Below are positions 38,851 to 48,632 of a stretch of 64,000 nucleotides of DNA, in pieces. The position numbers and the translations under genes are program-made. Position 1 is the first letter of the stretch. Each line of letters opens with the position of its first letter. The notes beneath the pieces are model-generated. The model saw only the letters and a program-made list of their open reading frames with translations, had not been told where the DNA came from and made no database searches. The stretch covers positions 1 to 64,000 of the forward strand of contig CAVQFQ010000025.1 of assembly GCA_963711835.1 (NCBI GenBank), read 5' to 3'. Origin of the DNA: an uncultured delta proteobacterium (GTDB lineage: Bacteria > Desulfobacterota > RBG-13-43-22).

Positions 38851-39870
38851 TTAGACCCGGGTTGCTTCCGGGAATCCCGGAAGATGGCCCCAAGCCCCAG
38901 CCGATGGTTTGGCCCGTTCGAAATTTTTTTCAATTTCCTCATTGATCCAGTGGGCCAGGGCCAGGGCCTTTTTACCTTCTTCCCCGCAGACCAGGGGTTT
39001 TTCCCTGCTCTTCACGGAGTCGATAAAGGATCGCAATTCCAATTCCAAGGCATCCCCCGATTCCCTTGACCCTTCCCGGGCCGTGAACTGGGGCATCTGC
39101 GAAGCCCCTTCCCCGCTCGGTTCCAGGTTGACCACGGAATAGGACTTGGCCTTAAAATCAAGAGAAATATAAGCCGCCGGCTGAAATATTCTCATTTTAC
39201 GCAGTTCCTTAACGGAGATTCGGCTGGCGGTAATGTTGGCTACCGCGCCGTTTTGAAATTGGATCCTGACATTGGCGATATCCACCCGCGGCGACACGAC
39301 CGGGACCCCGACCGCCTGGACCTGCTGCGGGGCTGAAGGGACCAGGTTCAGGATGAGGTCGAGATCGTGAATCATGAGATCCAAAATAACATCGACGTCC
39401 GTTCCTCTGAACTTGAAAGGACTCAGGCGGTGGCTTTCGATGAAAAGAGGATTTTGAATAAAGGACTTGATTTCGAGGAAGGCGGGATTAAACCGCTCCA
39501 GGTGCCCGATCTGTAACAGACACTTCCGGTCCTCGGCCAGGGCGACCAATTCTTCGGCCTCGGCGACTGATTGGGTCATCGGTTTTTCGAGCAGGACATC
39601 CACGTTGTGACGGAGAAAGGCTTGGGCCACCTCGGCATGCAGGGAGGTGGGCACCACGATACTGACCGCGTCCGTTATGGAGAGCAAGTGACGGTAATCC
39701 TGATAGCCCCGGATTCGGTATTGGCGCGACAGAGGTTCCAGACGGTCTTTTCGGATATCGGCAATGCCCACCAGCTCCACATCCGGCAGTTGGGCATATT
39801 TCTCCAGATGGTATTTCCCCAGATGGCCGACACCGACAACCCCGACTCGAATTTTTGGTTTTCTTTCCAT
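38851..39870 (-). CDS. Gfo/Idh/MocA oxidoreductase, GnnA-like (UDP-GlcNAc 3-dehydrogenase candidate)
   Basis: GVGHLG, LEKP, GHLERFNPA, DLMIHDLD; immediately upstream of lpxB. Confidence 0.85.
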   Translation of the reverse strand: MERKPKIRVGVVGVGHLGKYHLEKYAQLPDVELVGIADIRKDRLEPLSRQYRIRGYQDYRHLLSITDAVSIVVPTSLHAEVAQAFLRHNVDVLLEKPMTQSVAEAEELVALAEDRKCLLQIGHLERFNPAFLEIKSFIQNPLFIESHRLSPFKFRGTDVDVILDLMIHDLDLILNLVPSAPQQVQAVGVPVVSPRVDIANVRIQFQNGAVANITASRISVKELRKMRIFQPAAYISLDFKAKSYSVVNLEPSGEGASQMPQFTAREGSRESGDALELELRSFIDSVKSREKPLVCGEEGKKALALAHWINEEIEKNFERAKPSAGAWGHLPGFPEATRV

Positions 39871-39917
39871 GAAATGAGTGATTAGTGTCCACTCGGAAAT
39901 CGCCGATTTCCGGGTGG

Positions 39918-40006
39918 AGCGTTCAGCCGTCAGCACATAGCAGTTAGCTTAAACCATTATTTTAAATGTTTTTTGCTGATTGCTGAAAGCTTATCGCTGA
40001 CCGCTA
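39918..40006. repeat. Inverted heptamer tandem repeats (AGCnnTC)n/(GCTGAnn)n
   Basis: agcgttc agccgtc agcacat agcagtt ... gctgatt gctgaaa gcttatc gctgacc. Confidence 0.7.
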
Positions 40007-40885
40007 TTCTATATTCTGCACCTGTTCCCGCATTTTTTCCAATTCAGCCTTCAGCGAAACCACCTGATGGGTAATGTCACTGTCAAGGCTTTTGGAGCCG
40101 ATGGTATTCACCTCCCGATTCATTTCCTGGAGGAGGAATTCCATTTTCTTGCCCACCGGCTTTTTTTCTTTGAAGAGGGTCTGGCACTGTTTCAGATGGC
40201 TGCCCAGGCGGACCAGCTCTTCAGAGATATCGGAGCGGTCGGCCATAAGGGCTACTTCTTGGGCGAAGCGCTGGGAATCGCATTCCACCTCCGGGGCGAT
40301 TTTCTGAATTCGAAGGCTTAAACGGATCCGATAGGCTTCAATCATTTGAGGCAGTCTTAAGGAGATGGCCTCGATTCCCCGCTGAAGGCTTTTGATACGG
40401 GACTGCAGATCCCGAGCCAGATTTTTCCCCTCGACGGAGCGCATCATCTCGACGGCGCTCAGAGCCTTTTCCAGGGCCGGGGCAATCGTCTGCCAGAGCT
40501 CTTCTTCGGAGTGGGGGTCTTCCTGAAAGACGATCAACTCCTTCAGAGAAAGGAAATCCCCCAAAGCGATGGAGCCGGTCAGGTTAAGGGTTTCTTTCAG
40601 CTCGCCAAACAAGGTCCAATAGCTCCTGGCCAAGGGAAGATTCAGGATCGGGGTGCCGCTTTTGAATTTCTCCGGAGAGGAAAACTGGATCGAGACCTCC
40701 ACCCGGCCCCGGGCTATTCGGGCGGCAATGAAGGATTTCAGGCGGTCTTCCAGGGAGGCCCAGACGTGGCCGGTCCGGAGGCTGAGATCGAGGAAACGGC
40801 TGTTATAGGTCCTTATCAAAATAAGGCCCCCAACCCCGTTCAGGGAAAAGTCGGTTTGAGCAAAGGCGGTCATGCTTTTGATCAT
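40004..40885 (-). CDS. yicC: YicC/YloC family endoribonuclease
   Basis: MIKSMTAF, RGRV, DISEELVRLGSH, QEMNREVNTIGSK, EQVQNIE. Confidence 0.92.
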   Translation of the reverse strand: MIKSMTAFAQTDFSLNGVGGLILIRTYNSRFLDLSLRTGHVWASLEDRLKSFIAARIARGRVEVSIQFSSPEKFKSGTPILNLPLARSYWTLFGELKETLNLTGSIALGDFLSLKELIVFQEDPHSEEELWQTIAPALEKALSAVEMMRSVEGKNLARDLQSRIKSLQRGIEAISLRLPQMIEAYRIRLSLRIQKIAPEVECDSQRFAQEVALMADRSDISEELVRLGSHLKQCQTLFKEKKPVGKKMEFLLQEMNREVNTIGSKSLDSDITHQVVSLKAELEKMREQVQNIE

Positions 40886-40894
40886 TTGAAATCC

Positions 40895-41425
40895 TTATCC
40901 CCCGTCCGGGAGATCTCTAAGATATTTTTCTCGGATTTTATTCAACATCCCGATGGTCCAGGGGTCCTGGTAGTCCGGGTAAGACCAGGGAAGGGGCCGA
41001 AAGGTCCCCTTGAAAAAGACTAAGGTTAAATCGGCGAAAACCCCTTTCCCCAGGTAGATGCGGTGGCTGTAATTTTTCCCGGTGGCCAAGACGAACCGTT
41101 CGGCGGTGATCAGCCCGGGATCAAGATTCAAGCCTCGCTTCTGGTCCTGCTGCCAGCGGCTCTCAAAGGCGAATCCCTGGGTTTTTATCTCGACCAGCTT
41201 ATCCTGGGGAATGAGGGGTCGGAAGGCGGCCCAACGGCGGAACAGGGGATGGCCCATTTCCTTCCGGTAATAAGGCGTGTAGTCAAAGGGCCGTATTTCA
41301 GAGAGAAAGTCAATGGGGCCCCATTGCTGATCCAAGACCTTCCACCCTTCCCGGGCCAGGGAGGCTTCTTTGTAAATCAGACTGACAACCAGTCTCGCCG
41401 GTAAGGGTTCCTTGGGTTTACTCAA
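40895..41425 (-). CDS. DUF4416 family protein
   Basis: YYRKEMG, NLDPG, LATGKNYSHRIYL, WSYPDY. Confidence 0.82.
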   Translation of the reverse strand: MSKPKEPLPARLVVSLIYKEASLAREGWKVLDQQWGPIDFLSEIRPFDYTPYYRKEMGHPLFRRWAAFRPLIPQDKLVEIKTQGFAFESRWQQDQKRGLNLDPGLITAERFVLATGKNYSHRIYLGKGVFADLTLVFFKGTFRPLPWSYPDYQDPWTIGMLNKIREKYLRDLPDGG

Positions 41426-42728
41426 CCGTGGGTCTGCCTACGCAAACGTATTTAAAACCCAACGCGTGCATTTTAACCGGTTCATACATATTTTTCAAAT
41501 CAATAACAAGGGGCCGTTTTAAAAGGCCTTTCATCCGGGCCCAGTCGATGTTGCGAAAAGGGTTCCATTCGGTCACTAAAATGAGGGCCTCGGCGCCCTG
41601 GGCGGCCTCGTATAGGTTATCTTGAAATCGGACCTTTTTTAACAGTTTCTTCCCTTCCTCCATGCCGGCCGGATCGTAAGCCTTGATCCTGGCCCCGGCT
41701 TTTTCCAGGCTCCGAATAATGGTCAGGGCCGGGGCCTCCCGGATATCATTGGTATTGGGTTTAAAGGTCAGCCCCAGGACCCCCAGGGTTTTTCCCCGGA
41801 CCGGACCGGTGGCCTTAAGGATCTTTTCCACCATCCTTTTCTTCTGGCGTTGATTGACCTTGATGACGGTCTTGACGATTTCGAATTCATAGCCCAGGGA
41901 TTTGCCGAGCTGTACCAGGGCGGCGGTGTCCTTGGGGAAGCAGGAGCCCCCGAACCCCGGACCCGGGTGAAGAAATTTGGACCCGATGCGCTGATCCAGC
42001 CCCATGCCTCTGGCCACCAGGTGAATGTCGGCGCCCACTTTCTCGCAGAGATTGGCCATCTCGTTGATGAAAGAAATCTTGGTGGCCAGGAAGGCGTTCG
42101 AGGCATACTTGATCATTTCAGCGGTTTCGACGCCGGTGATCACGAAAGGGGTTTCAATCAGATAGAGCGGGGAATAGAGATCTTTCATAATGGCTTTGGC
42201 TTGGTCGCTTTCGGCCCCGATGACCACCCGGTTGGGGCGCATAAAATCCTCAATGGCCGATCCTTCCCGGAGGAATTCCGGATTGGAGACAATGTCAAAG
42301 GGCAACTTTTTCCTTTGATTTTTTCGGATCAGGTCGGCGATGATTTTACCGGTTCCGACCGGGACGGTGCTTTTGGTCACCACCAGTTTGTAGCCGTCCA
42401 TGGTCCTGCCGATGGCTGAGGCCACTTCCCTGACATAGCGCAAATCGGCCTTGCCCCGATGGTCCGAAGGGGTGCCCACGGCGATAAAGACCGCCAGAGA
42501 ATGCCTGACCCCTTCTTCCAGGTTGTCGGTAAACAGGAGCCGGTTCTCTTTCATATTTTTGGCTACCATTTCCTCCAGGCCGGGTTCGTAAATAGGGATC
42601 TTGCCCTGCTGCAGGGCCTTGATTTTCATCAGGTCGTTGTCGACGCAGGTGACCCGGATGCCGAATTCGGCAAAACAGGCCCCGGTCACCAAACCCACAT
42701 ACCCCGTTCCGATGACACAAATATTCAT
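41418..42728 (-). CDS. ugd: UDP-glucose 6-dehydrogenase
   Basis: IGTGYVGL, SNPEFLREG, GFGGSCFPKD, FKPNTNDIRE. Confidence 0.93.
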   Translation of the reverse strand: MNICVIGTGYVGLVTGACFAEFGIRVTCVDNDLMKIKALQQGKIPIYEPGLEEMVAKNMKENRLLFTDNLEEGVRHSLAVFIAVGTPSDHRGKADLRYVREVASAIGRTMDGYKLVVTKSTVPVGTGKIIADLIRKNQRKKLPFDIVSNPEFLREGSAIEDFMRPNRVVIGAESDQAKAIMKDLYSPLYLIETPFVITGVETAEMIKYASNAFLATKISFINEMANLCEKVGADIHLVARGMGLDQRIGSKFLHPGPGFGGSCFPKDTAALVQLGKSLGYEFEIVKTVIKVNQRQKKRMVEKILKATGPVRGKTLGVLGLTFKPNTNDIREAPALTIIRSLEKAGARIKAYDPAGMEEGKKLLKKVRFQDNLYEAAQGAEALILVTEWNPFRNIDWARMKGLLKRPLVIDLKNMYEPVKMHALGFKYVCVGRPTVE

Positions 42729-44000
42729 GCTGTTTGATCCTCCTCTTTGATGGCTAAAGCGGCTCCCAGGAGATACCAAAATATAAGGGCGCTGTCGTCC
42801 ACGTAATAGCTGTCGAAAAAATTCCTGACGGCAAATCCGACCATCATCGTAATGGCCGAGAGGCGGATTAAGTCAACCCGGTTATCTGGACCTGCCCGGC
42901 CTTTCCGGAATAGAATGACGAAAATCGAGGCCAGCAGCCAGACAAAGGCCAGGAATCCTTGCAGGCCGGTTTGAAAGGTGATATCCAAGAACATATTGTG
43001 GGCATGCCAGAGCAGGGGCTGGTGCCGGGCCCTGAATTCGGTAAAGGTTTCGGAAAAACTTTGCCGGCCGTAGCCGATCCCCTGGAAAGGCCGTTCCTGG
43101 AGAAAGGCGCCCATCAACTTCCAAACCTCCAGAAGGTCCCCGGCCGTCCCGCCTATCTCCTGAGAGGCGCGGTCCTGAGGTTCCGATAAGTTTTCGCCAT
43201 GGAACCAGACCGATTTTGGAATTAATAAAAAAAGAACGACCAGGAACAGAGCAATTCCCAGCAGCATTTTTTTCTTTTTCAAGAGCAGGCCGATCACGAT
43301 TCCTTCCAGGGCGGCGGCCACCCACATGGCCCGGCCGAAGGTGATAAATAGGGAGACGATATTCATCAGGACCAGCGCCCAAAGGAGCCAGCGAATCTTT
43401 CGATAGGCGGGCGATAGGCTGGCAAAAAAAAGAAAAGGGAAGACCATAATCAGGTAGGTTCCATAAGCCCCATAGACATAATGAAAGGAGCCGGCTCGTA
43501 TCGTATAATCCGATAATGAGCCCCCTAATCTAAAAAAGTCCCAAAACCCGAATAGGACCATAGCGCAATTGCCGGCGATGAGTATGAAACCCATCTGGGC
43601 CATTCGAGGCCCGCTTTTTTCGGAAAAGGCATAATAAACCAGATAAAATAAAAGCCCTCCTTTCAGCACTTCCCCCTGGATTTCCTTAAAGGAATAACCG
43701 GGGTTGGTGGCGGTCAGCAGCGAGAGGAAGGCCATGGAGACCCAGACCAGATAAGGTAGGTCGACCGGTGTTCTTGGGCCATAAGACCTTTTTCCGAAGA
43801 ACCATTAAAGCGATCCAGAAAAAAACGGCCAATCCCAAGGACAGCTCCCTGACCGCTGTGATATGAGCCATGGGAAGAGAAAAAAGAAGCAGGTTCAAAG
43901 AGATCCCCAGCCCTTGATCGGCCAGATCGATTAATTTAGACCGGGTGTTTCCCCAGGCAGGGTCCAAAACACTTGGGGTCATGGAGGAAATCCGACTCAT
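42725..44000 (-). CDS. O-antigen ligase family (WaaL/Wzy_C), frameshift near 43775
   Basis: Multi-TM; TFGRAMW, GIGYG, WHAHNMFL; N-terminus in ORF 43686-44000. Confidence 0.82.
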
Positions 44001-44009
44001 AAGGATGGC

Positions 44010-45029
44010 CTAAAAGGGTCTGACGGTTTTACCCGAAGAGGATCGGGAAGCCTTGTTTTTCCTGGGTTTGGAAGCGGCGGCCAGGGATTCTACCGTTTTT
44101 TCCAGGCCTTGCCGTAAATCGACTTGCGGCCGATAGCCCAGCATTTTTTGGATTTTTTGGGTAGCGGCCCTGGAATGGCGGATATCTCCCGGCCGGGGAG
44201 GGGCAAAGACCGGTAAATTCGCCTTTTTAGTGATTTTTTGAAGGGTCCTCAGGAGCTGAAGCAGGGTGTAGGCCCGGCCCATAGCCACGTTAAATACCTC
44301 CCCGGCCGAGCCGGTCAGGTGACAGGCCTTTAAATTGGCCTGGACGACATCCCCGACATAAACAAAGTCTCGGGATTGTTTTCCATCCCCGAAGATGATG
44401 GGGGAAATGTCCGATAAAAGGGCTGAGACAAATTTGGGAATAACCGCCGCATATTCGGATCGAGGGTCCTGCCGGGGACCGAAGACATTAAAATAGCGCA
44501 GGGAATGGGTGGCCAGGCCGTAGAGTCTGGAAAAGAGCCGGCAGTAGGTTTCGCCCACCAGTTTGCTGAGACCGTAAGGCGATAGAGGATTCGGCGGCAG
44601 GTTTTCGTGTTTGGGTTTCCGGGCCTTGCTTTCCAAGGTCTCATCTCCATAAACGGCCGATGAGCTGGCAAAGACCACCTTTTTCAGTCCGGCTTTCTTG
44701 GCCGCCAGCAGGATATTCAGCGTCCCGGTGATATTGACCTGATGGGTTGTTTCAGGATCTTCGACGGATTTGGGAACCGAGACGGCGGCTGCCTGGTGAA
44801 AGGCATAATCCATCCCGGCCAGGGTCCGCTCGCACAGTTTTTTATTCCGGATATCCCCCCTGACGATTTGCAGGGACAAGGGGAAAAGGGTCTGAAGCCT
44901 TTGGAGATTTTCCCGTTTGCCGGTAGAAAAGTTGTCCAGCACCCTGACGGTCTGGCCCTGGTTGAGCAGGGTTTCTGTAATGTGAGAGCCGATAAAACCG
45001 GCTCCGCCGGTTACCAGGTAGTTGCCCAT
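44010..45029 (-). CDS. NAD-dependent UDP-sugar 4-epimerase (WbpP-like)
   Basis: TGGAGFIGS, SVPKSVEDP, SPYGLSK, RYFNVFGPRQDP. Confidence 0.9.
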   Translation of the reverse strand: MGNYLVTGGAGFIGSHITETLLNQGQTVRVLDNFSTGKRENLQRLQTLFPLSLQIVRGDIRNKKLCERTLAGMDYAFHQAAAVSVPKSVEDPETTHQVNITGTLNILLAAKKAGLKKVVFASSSAVYGDETLESKARKPKHENLPPNPLSPYGLSKLVGETYCRLFSRLYGLATHSLRYFNVFGPRQDPRSEYAAVIPKFVSALLSDISPIIFGDGKQSRDFVYVGDVVQANLKACHLTGSAGEVFNVAMGRAYTLLQLLRTLQKITKKANLPVFAPPRPGDIRHSRAATQKIQKMLGYRPQVDLRQGLEKTVESLAAASKPRKNKASRSSSGKTVRPF

Positions 45030-45072
45030 AATTTGTTCCTATTCGATTCTATCAGACCCTGTTTCTGAGAAT

Positions 45073-45212
45073 TTATTAAGGGTCTCAAAATAATAGTGAC
45101 CAACAGGGACCGGGGGGTCTTCTTTTCTGAATTTGTTCCAACGTTACGTGATTCTTAAGCTATCCATTCATATCATAGAGGGCTTCGGGGGTCTTGATTT
45201 CAAGGTTGTCCG
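45073..45212 (+). repeat. Composite remnant: left end of the 38544 element fused to left end of the 34046 element
   Basis: 45073-45129 matches 38544-38599; 45132-45212 (gttacgtgatt...gctatccattc...ggcttcgggggtcttgatttcaaggttgtccg) matches 34043-34119. Confidence 0.85.
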
Positions 45213-45275
45213 AAAGGTAATCCATAGCCCCAACACCATTTCTTCAAGACGTGGAAAAATTTCAAATCGCTTTGC

Positions 45276-46280
45276 TTAGATTTTAATTGAATCCAGAATG
45301 ACCCTTTTCAGGTCTGCGGCCTGAATGGCCGCCGTTCCTATTTCGCCCACCACGATCCCGGCGGCGTAATTAGCCGCCATGCAGGCCTGGATGATATTCA
45401 GGCCCGAGACCAGGGAAAGCATTAGAGTGGCGATGACCGTATCTCCGGCTCCGGTGACATCAAAGACCTTTTTGGCTACCGTCGGGATATGATTCACCTT
45501 TTGACCTTTTGAAAAAAGGGTCATCCCTTCTTTCCCCCGGGTAATCAGGACGGATTTACATTGCAGCTGTTTTAAGAGCTGCTTCCCGGCCCAAATCAGG
45601 TCCTCTTCCCTATCCAATTTTTTCCCGACCGCCTGTCCGGCTTCAAGATGATTAGGGGTAATCAAGGTCACCCCTTTGTACCAGCGGATATTTCCGGGCT
45701 TGGGGTCCACCAGGATAGGCAGGGCCTTTTTCCCGGCAACCTTCCGGATGTGGGCCATTAATTCCTGAGAGACCACACCCTTCCCGTAATCGGATACAAT
45801 AATGCCGTGAATCCCGGATAGGTTTTCCCTGATGACCTCCAGGATGGTCTTCAAGCTGGCCGGGCTGATGGGAGAGACCCTTTCCCGGTCCACCCGCACC
45901 ACCTGCTGCTGGTGAGCGATAATCCTGGTTTTGATGGCTGTGGGCCGGCCTTCTTCCACTACCAGGCCGTCGGTTGGTGTTCCCAAAGACTGTAGTTTCC
46001 GCATCAAACGCCGGCCCATGCCGTCCGAACCGATTACGCCGGTCAATAAGACCTGGGTCCGGAGCCCGAGCAAATTATTGACCACATTGGCGGCACCGCC
46101 CAGGAGGAAGGTTTCCTTTTCGACTTTGACTACCGGGACCGGGGCTTCGGGTGAGATACGGGATACTTCTCCCCAGAGGAACTGGTCCATCATGATATCG
46201 CCGATCACCAGGATCTTTCGGCTGGGAAACAAGGAAAGGGCTCCCAAAATTTTTTGGAGATCGTCTTTCTTAGGGTCCAT
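45276..46280 (-). CDS. rfaE1: D-glycero-beta-D-manno-heptose-7-phosphate kinase (stand-alone HldE kinase domain)
   Basis: GDIMMDQF..RISPEAPVPV, GGAANV, SDYGKG, DVTGAGDT. Confidence 0.92.
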   Translation of the reverse strand: MDPKKDDLQKILGALSLFPSRKILVIGDIMMDQFLWGEVSRISPEAPVPVVKVEKETFLLGGAANVVNNLLGLRTQVLLTGVIGSDGMGRRLMRKLQSLGTPTDGLVVEEGRPTAIKTRIIAHQQQVVRVDRERVSPISPASLKTILEVIRENLSGIHGIIVSDYGKGVVSQELMAHIRKVAGKKALPILVDPKPGNIRWYKGVTLITPNHLEAGQAVGKKLDREEDLIWAGKQLLKQLQCKSVLITRGKEGMTLFSKGQKVNHIPTVAKKVFDVTGAGDTVIATLMLSLVSGLNIIQACMAANYAAGIVVGEIGTAAIQAADLKRVILDSIKI

Positions 46281-46384
46281 TTTTACTGTTTCTCCCGGCT
46301 CCCGCGGAAGTCTCCAACCCTGGACCTTGATCTTTCCCGGATGCTTTTCATAAATAATTTTTCATCAAAAATGAGAATTAAAAA

Positions 46385-46414
46385 AGTATAGTCGTTTCGC
46401 TTAAGGCTTGTCAA
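46385..46414 (-). promoter_or_regulatory. sigma70 promoter for the LPS cluster
   Basis: Minus strand TTGACA (46414-46409), 18-bp spacer, TATACT (46390-46385). Confidence 0.65.
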
Positions 46415-46418
46415 TAAA

Positions 46419-46446
46419 ATCTCAAGATTTTTTAACAGGTTGAGAT
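46419..46446. promoter_or_regulatory. Inverted repeat, candidate operator between divergent genes
   Basis: ATCTCAA-N14-TTGAGAT. Confidence 0.4.
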
Positions 46447-46495
46447 AATTTCCTTTTCGTGTCATACTGCCGGACAAGGAAGGAGGACGCCGGCC

Positions 46496-47122
46496 GTGCA
46501 GAAACAACGAATCCAACGCCTTTTGGGAATTGCCCAAGAGATCATCGTCACCCCTGCCCAAACCCCCTCCCGGATTTATCGAAAGTTTTCCATTTCCAAA
46601 TCGCAGTTCTACCGGGACCTGGAGACACTGGCTGCCTGGGGCTTTCCGGTGGATTATCAAAGGCCCTTGGGGGCTTTTATACTCAGCCGGGAGAAACCCC
46701 TGATTGACGGCCTTCCTTTAAAAACAGTGATTAGTCTGGCCAGAGGTTTGTCCCGGGTCCCTTCTAACGACCTGTTCTTTTTTATCTGGGAAGTGATCCT
46801 CTGGCTCAGGGAAAAATCGGAAGGCGATCGGGAGGCGATCTCCTTCCTGATAAAAGAGATGGTGCTGCGGGAATGGTTCTTTCGGGAAGGCTGGTCGGAA
46901 AAAGTCCTGGATTTGTTGATGGAGGCCATCCGGGAGAAAAAACGGGTCGTTATCCTCTATAAACAGGAAAAAGAAGAGCGGTTGGTGGTGGATCCGGAGA
47001 AAATTATTTGGAAGGATGATGGCTGGGTCCTATCCGCCCATTTGGTCGGCGAAGGCCGGAAGGGCTTTTTCGATCTCTTATCCATCCTGGAAGTCTTGGA
47101 TACCTCTTTTAAAGCCCCCTAA
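46496..47122 (+). CDS. wHTH-WYL domain transcriptional regulator
   Basis: N-terminal HTH (ISKSQFYRDLETL); WYL-like LMEAIREKKRVVILY..ERLVVDPEKI...GWVLSAH...F; GTG start after ggagg. Confidence 0.75.
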   Translation: MQKQRIQRLLGIAQEIIVTPAQTPSRIYRKFSISKSQFYRDLETLAAWGFPVDYQRPLGAFILSREKPLIDGLPLKTVISLARGLSRVPSNDLFFFIWEVILWLREKSEGDREAISFLIKEMVLREWFFREGWSEKVLDLLMEAIREKKRVVILYKQEKEERLVVDPEKIIWKDDGWVLSAHLVGEGRKGFFDLLSILEVLDTSFKAP

Positions 47123-47197
47123 AGCTGCCTACACCTCATCTGAAAAACAGGTTGGTTCTTCTCCCAACAAGTTGGGAGGAAGGGGAAGCCGTTAACA

Positions 47198-47249
47198 ACG
47201 TGATAAATCTCACAAAAAAATTGACAAAAGAGCTAAAAAAAACTATAAG
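47198..47249 (+). promoter_or_regulatory. sigma70 promoter of acyl-CoA operon with upstream Rex/CRP-type box
   Basis: ACGTGATAAATCTCACAA (47198-47215); TTGACA 47221-47226, 17 bp, TATAAG 47244-47249. Confidence 0.65.
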
Positions 47250-47342
47250 GGAAAGGCTCTAAGAGGCTCCGTAAAACCTTAGTCTTTTTCAGCCGTTACG
47301 GACCGTCTAGGGACCGTGGCCTATACATCCCCCCTATTCCTT

Positions 47343-47375
47343 CAAGGGGCCGGCAAGGGGCCGGCAAGGGGCCGG
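47343..47375 (+). repeat. 11-bp tandem repeat x3 in thiolase leader
   Basis: (CAAGGGGCCGG)3. Confidence 0.85.
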
Positions 47376-47408
47376 GACCCTTATCCAATGCGTGAGGAGG
47401 AAAACCTG

Positions 47409-48596
47409 ATGATCGAAGAGGTTGTCATTGTAAGTGCCGTCCGAACGCCCCTCGGGGCCTTTAACGGCAGTTTGAGCGGTTTCAGCGCCACTGAGCTGGG
47501 TTCATTGGTGATCACCGAGGCCATTAAAAGGGCCGGTTTGACCAAGGAACAGGTAGATGAAGTCATCATGGGCAATGTTCTCCCCGCCGGACTGGGGCAA
47601 AATCCGGCCCGGCAGGCCATGATTAAGGCCGGGCTGCCCTATGAAGTTGGAGCCATCACCGTAAACAAGGTCTGCGGTTCCGGTCTGAAGGCGGTCATGC
47701 TCGGAGCCCAGGCCATAGCCTTGGGAGATGCTCAGGTTGTGGTGGCCGGGGGTCTGGAGAATATGACCCAGGCCCCTTACTATCTTGAAAAAGCCCGGAG
47801 CGGTTACAGAATGGGTAACGGCGTTTTGATAGACTCCCTGGATCATGATGGTTTGAGGGATCTCCAGAATGATTTTCTGATGGGGGTGAGCGCTGAATAC
47901 TGCGCCGAAAAATATGGAGTAACACGTGAGGATCAGGACCTTTTTGCCTGCCGGTCGTATCAAAAGGCCTTAAAAGCCCGGGCGGAGGGAAAATTTAAGG
48001 AAGAAATCCTGCCCCTTTCCATACCCCGCAAGGGCAAGGAACCCCTGGTCTTTGATCAGGATGAAATTCTTCGGGAAACCAGTCTGGAAGCCTTGTCCGG
48101 TTTGAGACCGGCCTTTAAAAAGGATGGAACGGTCACGGCCGGCAATTCCTCTAAAATCAGCGATGGGGCGGCGGCCGTGGTTCTGATGTCGGCCACCCGA
48201 GCCGGGGAGTTGGGGATTAAGCCTATGGTTAAGGTGGGAGCCCAGGGAGCCTCGGGATTGGATCCCAAATATGTCCTGGTGGCACCTCTCCTGTCCATTC
48301 CCAAGGTGCTCAAAAAGGCCGGGCTCTCGATTAAGGATATTGATCTCCAGGAAGTGAACGAAGCCTTTTCGTCCTCGACTGTAGCCGTGATTAAAGAATT
48401 AGGACTCGATCCTGATCGGGTGAATATTCATGGCGGGTCCGTGGCCCTGGGTCACCCGATCGGGGCCAGCGGGGCCAGGGTCCTGGTGACCCTGCTTTAT
48501 GCCATGAAAGACCGGGGAGCCAAACGGGGGATGGCCTCCTTATGCCTCGGGGGGGGCGAAGCGGTCAGTTTGATTGTTGAAACAGCTCATAGCTGA
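47409..48596 (+). CDS. Acetyl-CoA C-acetyltransferase (thiolase)
   Basis: [24 protein letters not shown]; RBS gaggagg. Confidence 0.95.
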   Translation: MIEEVVIVSAVRTPLGAFNGSLSGFSATELGSLVITEAIKRAGLTKEQVDEVIMGNVLPAGLGQNPARQAMIKAGLPYEVGAITVNKVCGSGLKAVMLGAQAIALGDAQVVVAGGLENMTQAPYYLEKARSGYRMGNGVLIDSLDHDGLRDLQNDFLMGVSAEYCAEKYGVTREDQDLFACRSYQKALKARAEGKFKEEILPLSIPRKGKEPLVFDQDEILRETSLEALSGLRPAFKKDGTVTAGNSSKISDGAAAVVLMSATRAGELGIKPMVKVGAQGASGLDPKYVLVAPLLSIPKVLKKAGLSIKDIDLQEVNEAFSSSTVAVIKELGLDPDRVNIHGGSVALGHPIGASGARVLVTLLYAMKDRGAKRGMASLCLGGGEAVSLIVETAHS

Positions 48597-48632
48597 GAGT
48601 TCAAAGCTCGTAGTTTTTTTCAAGGAGGGAAT

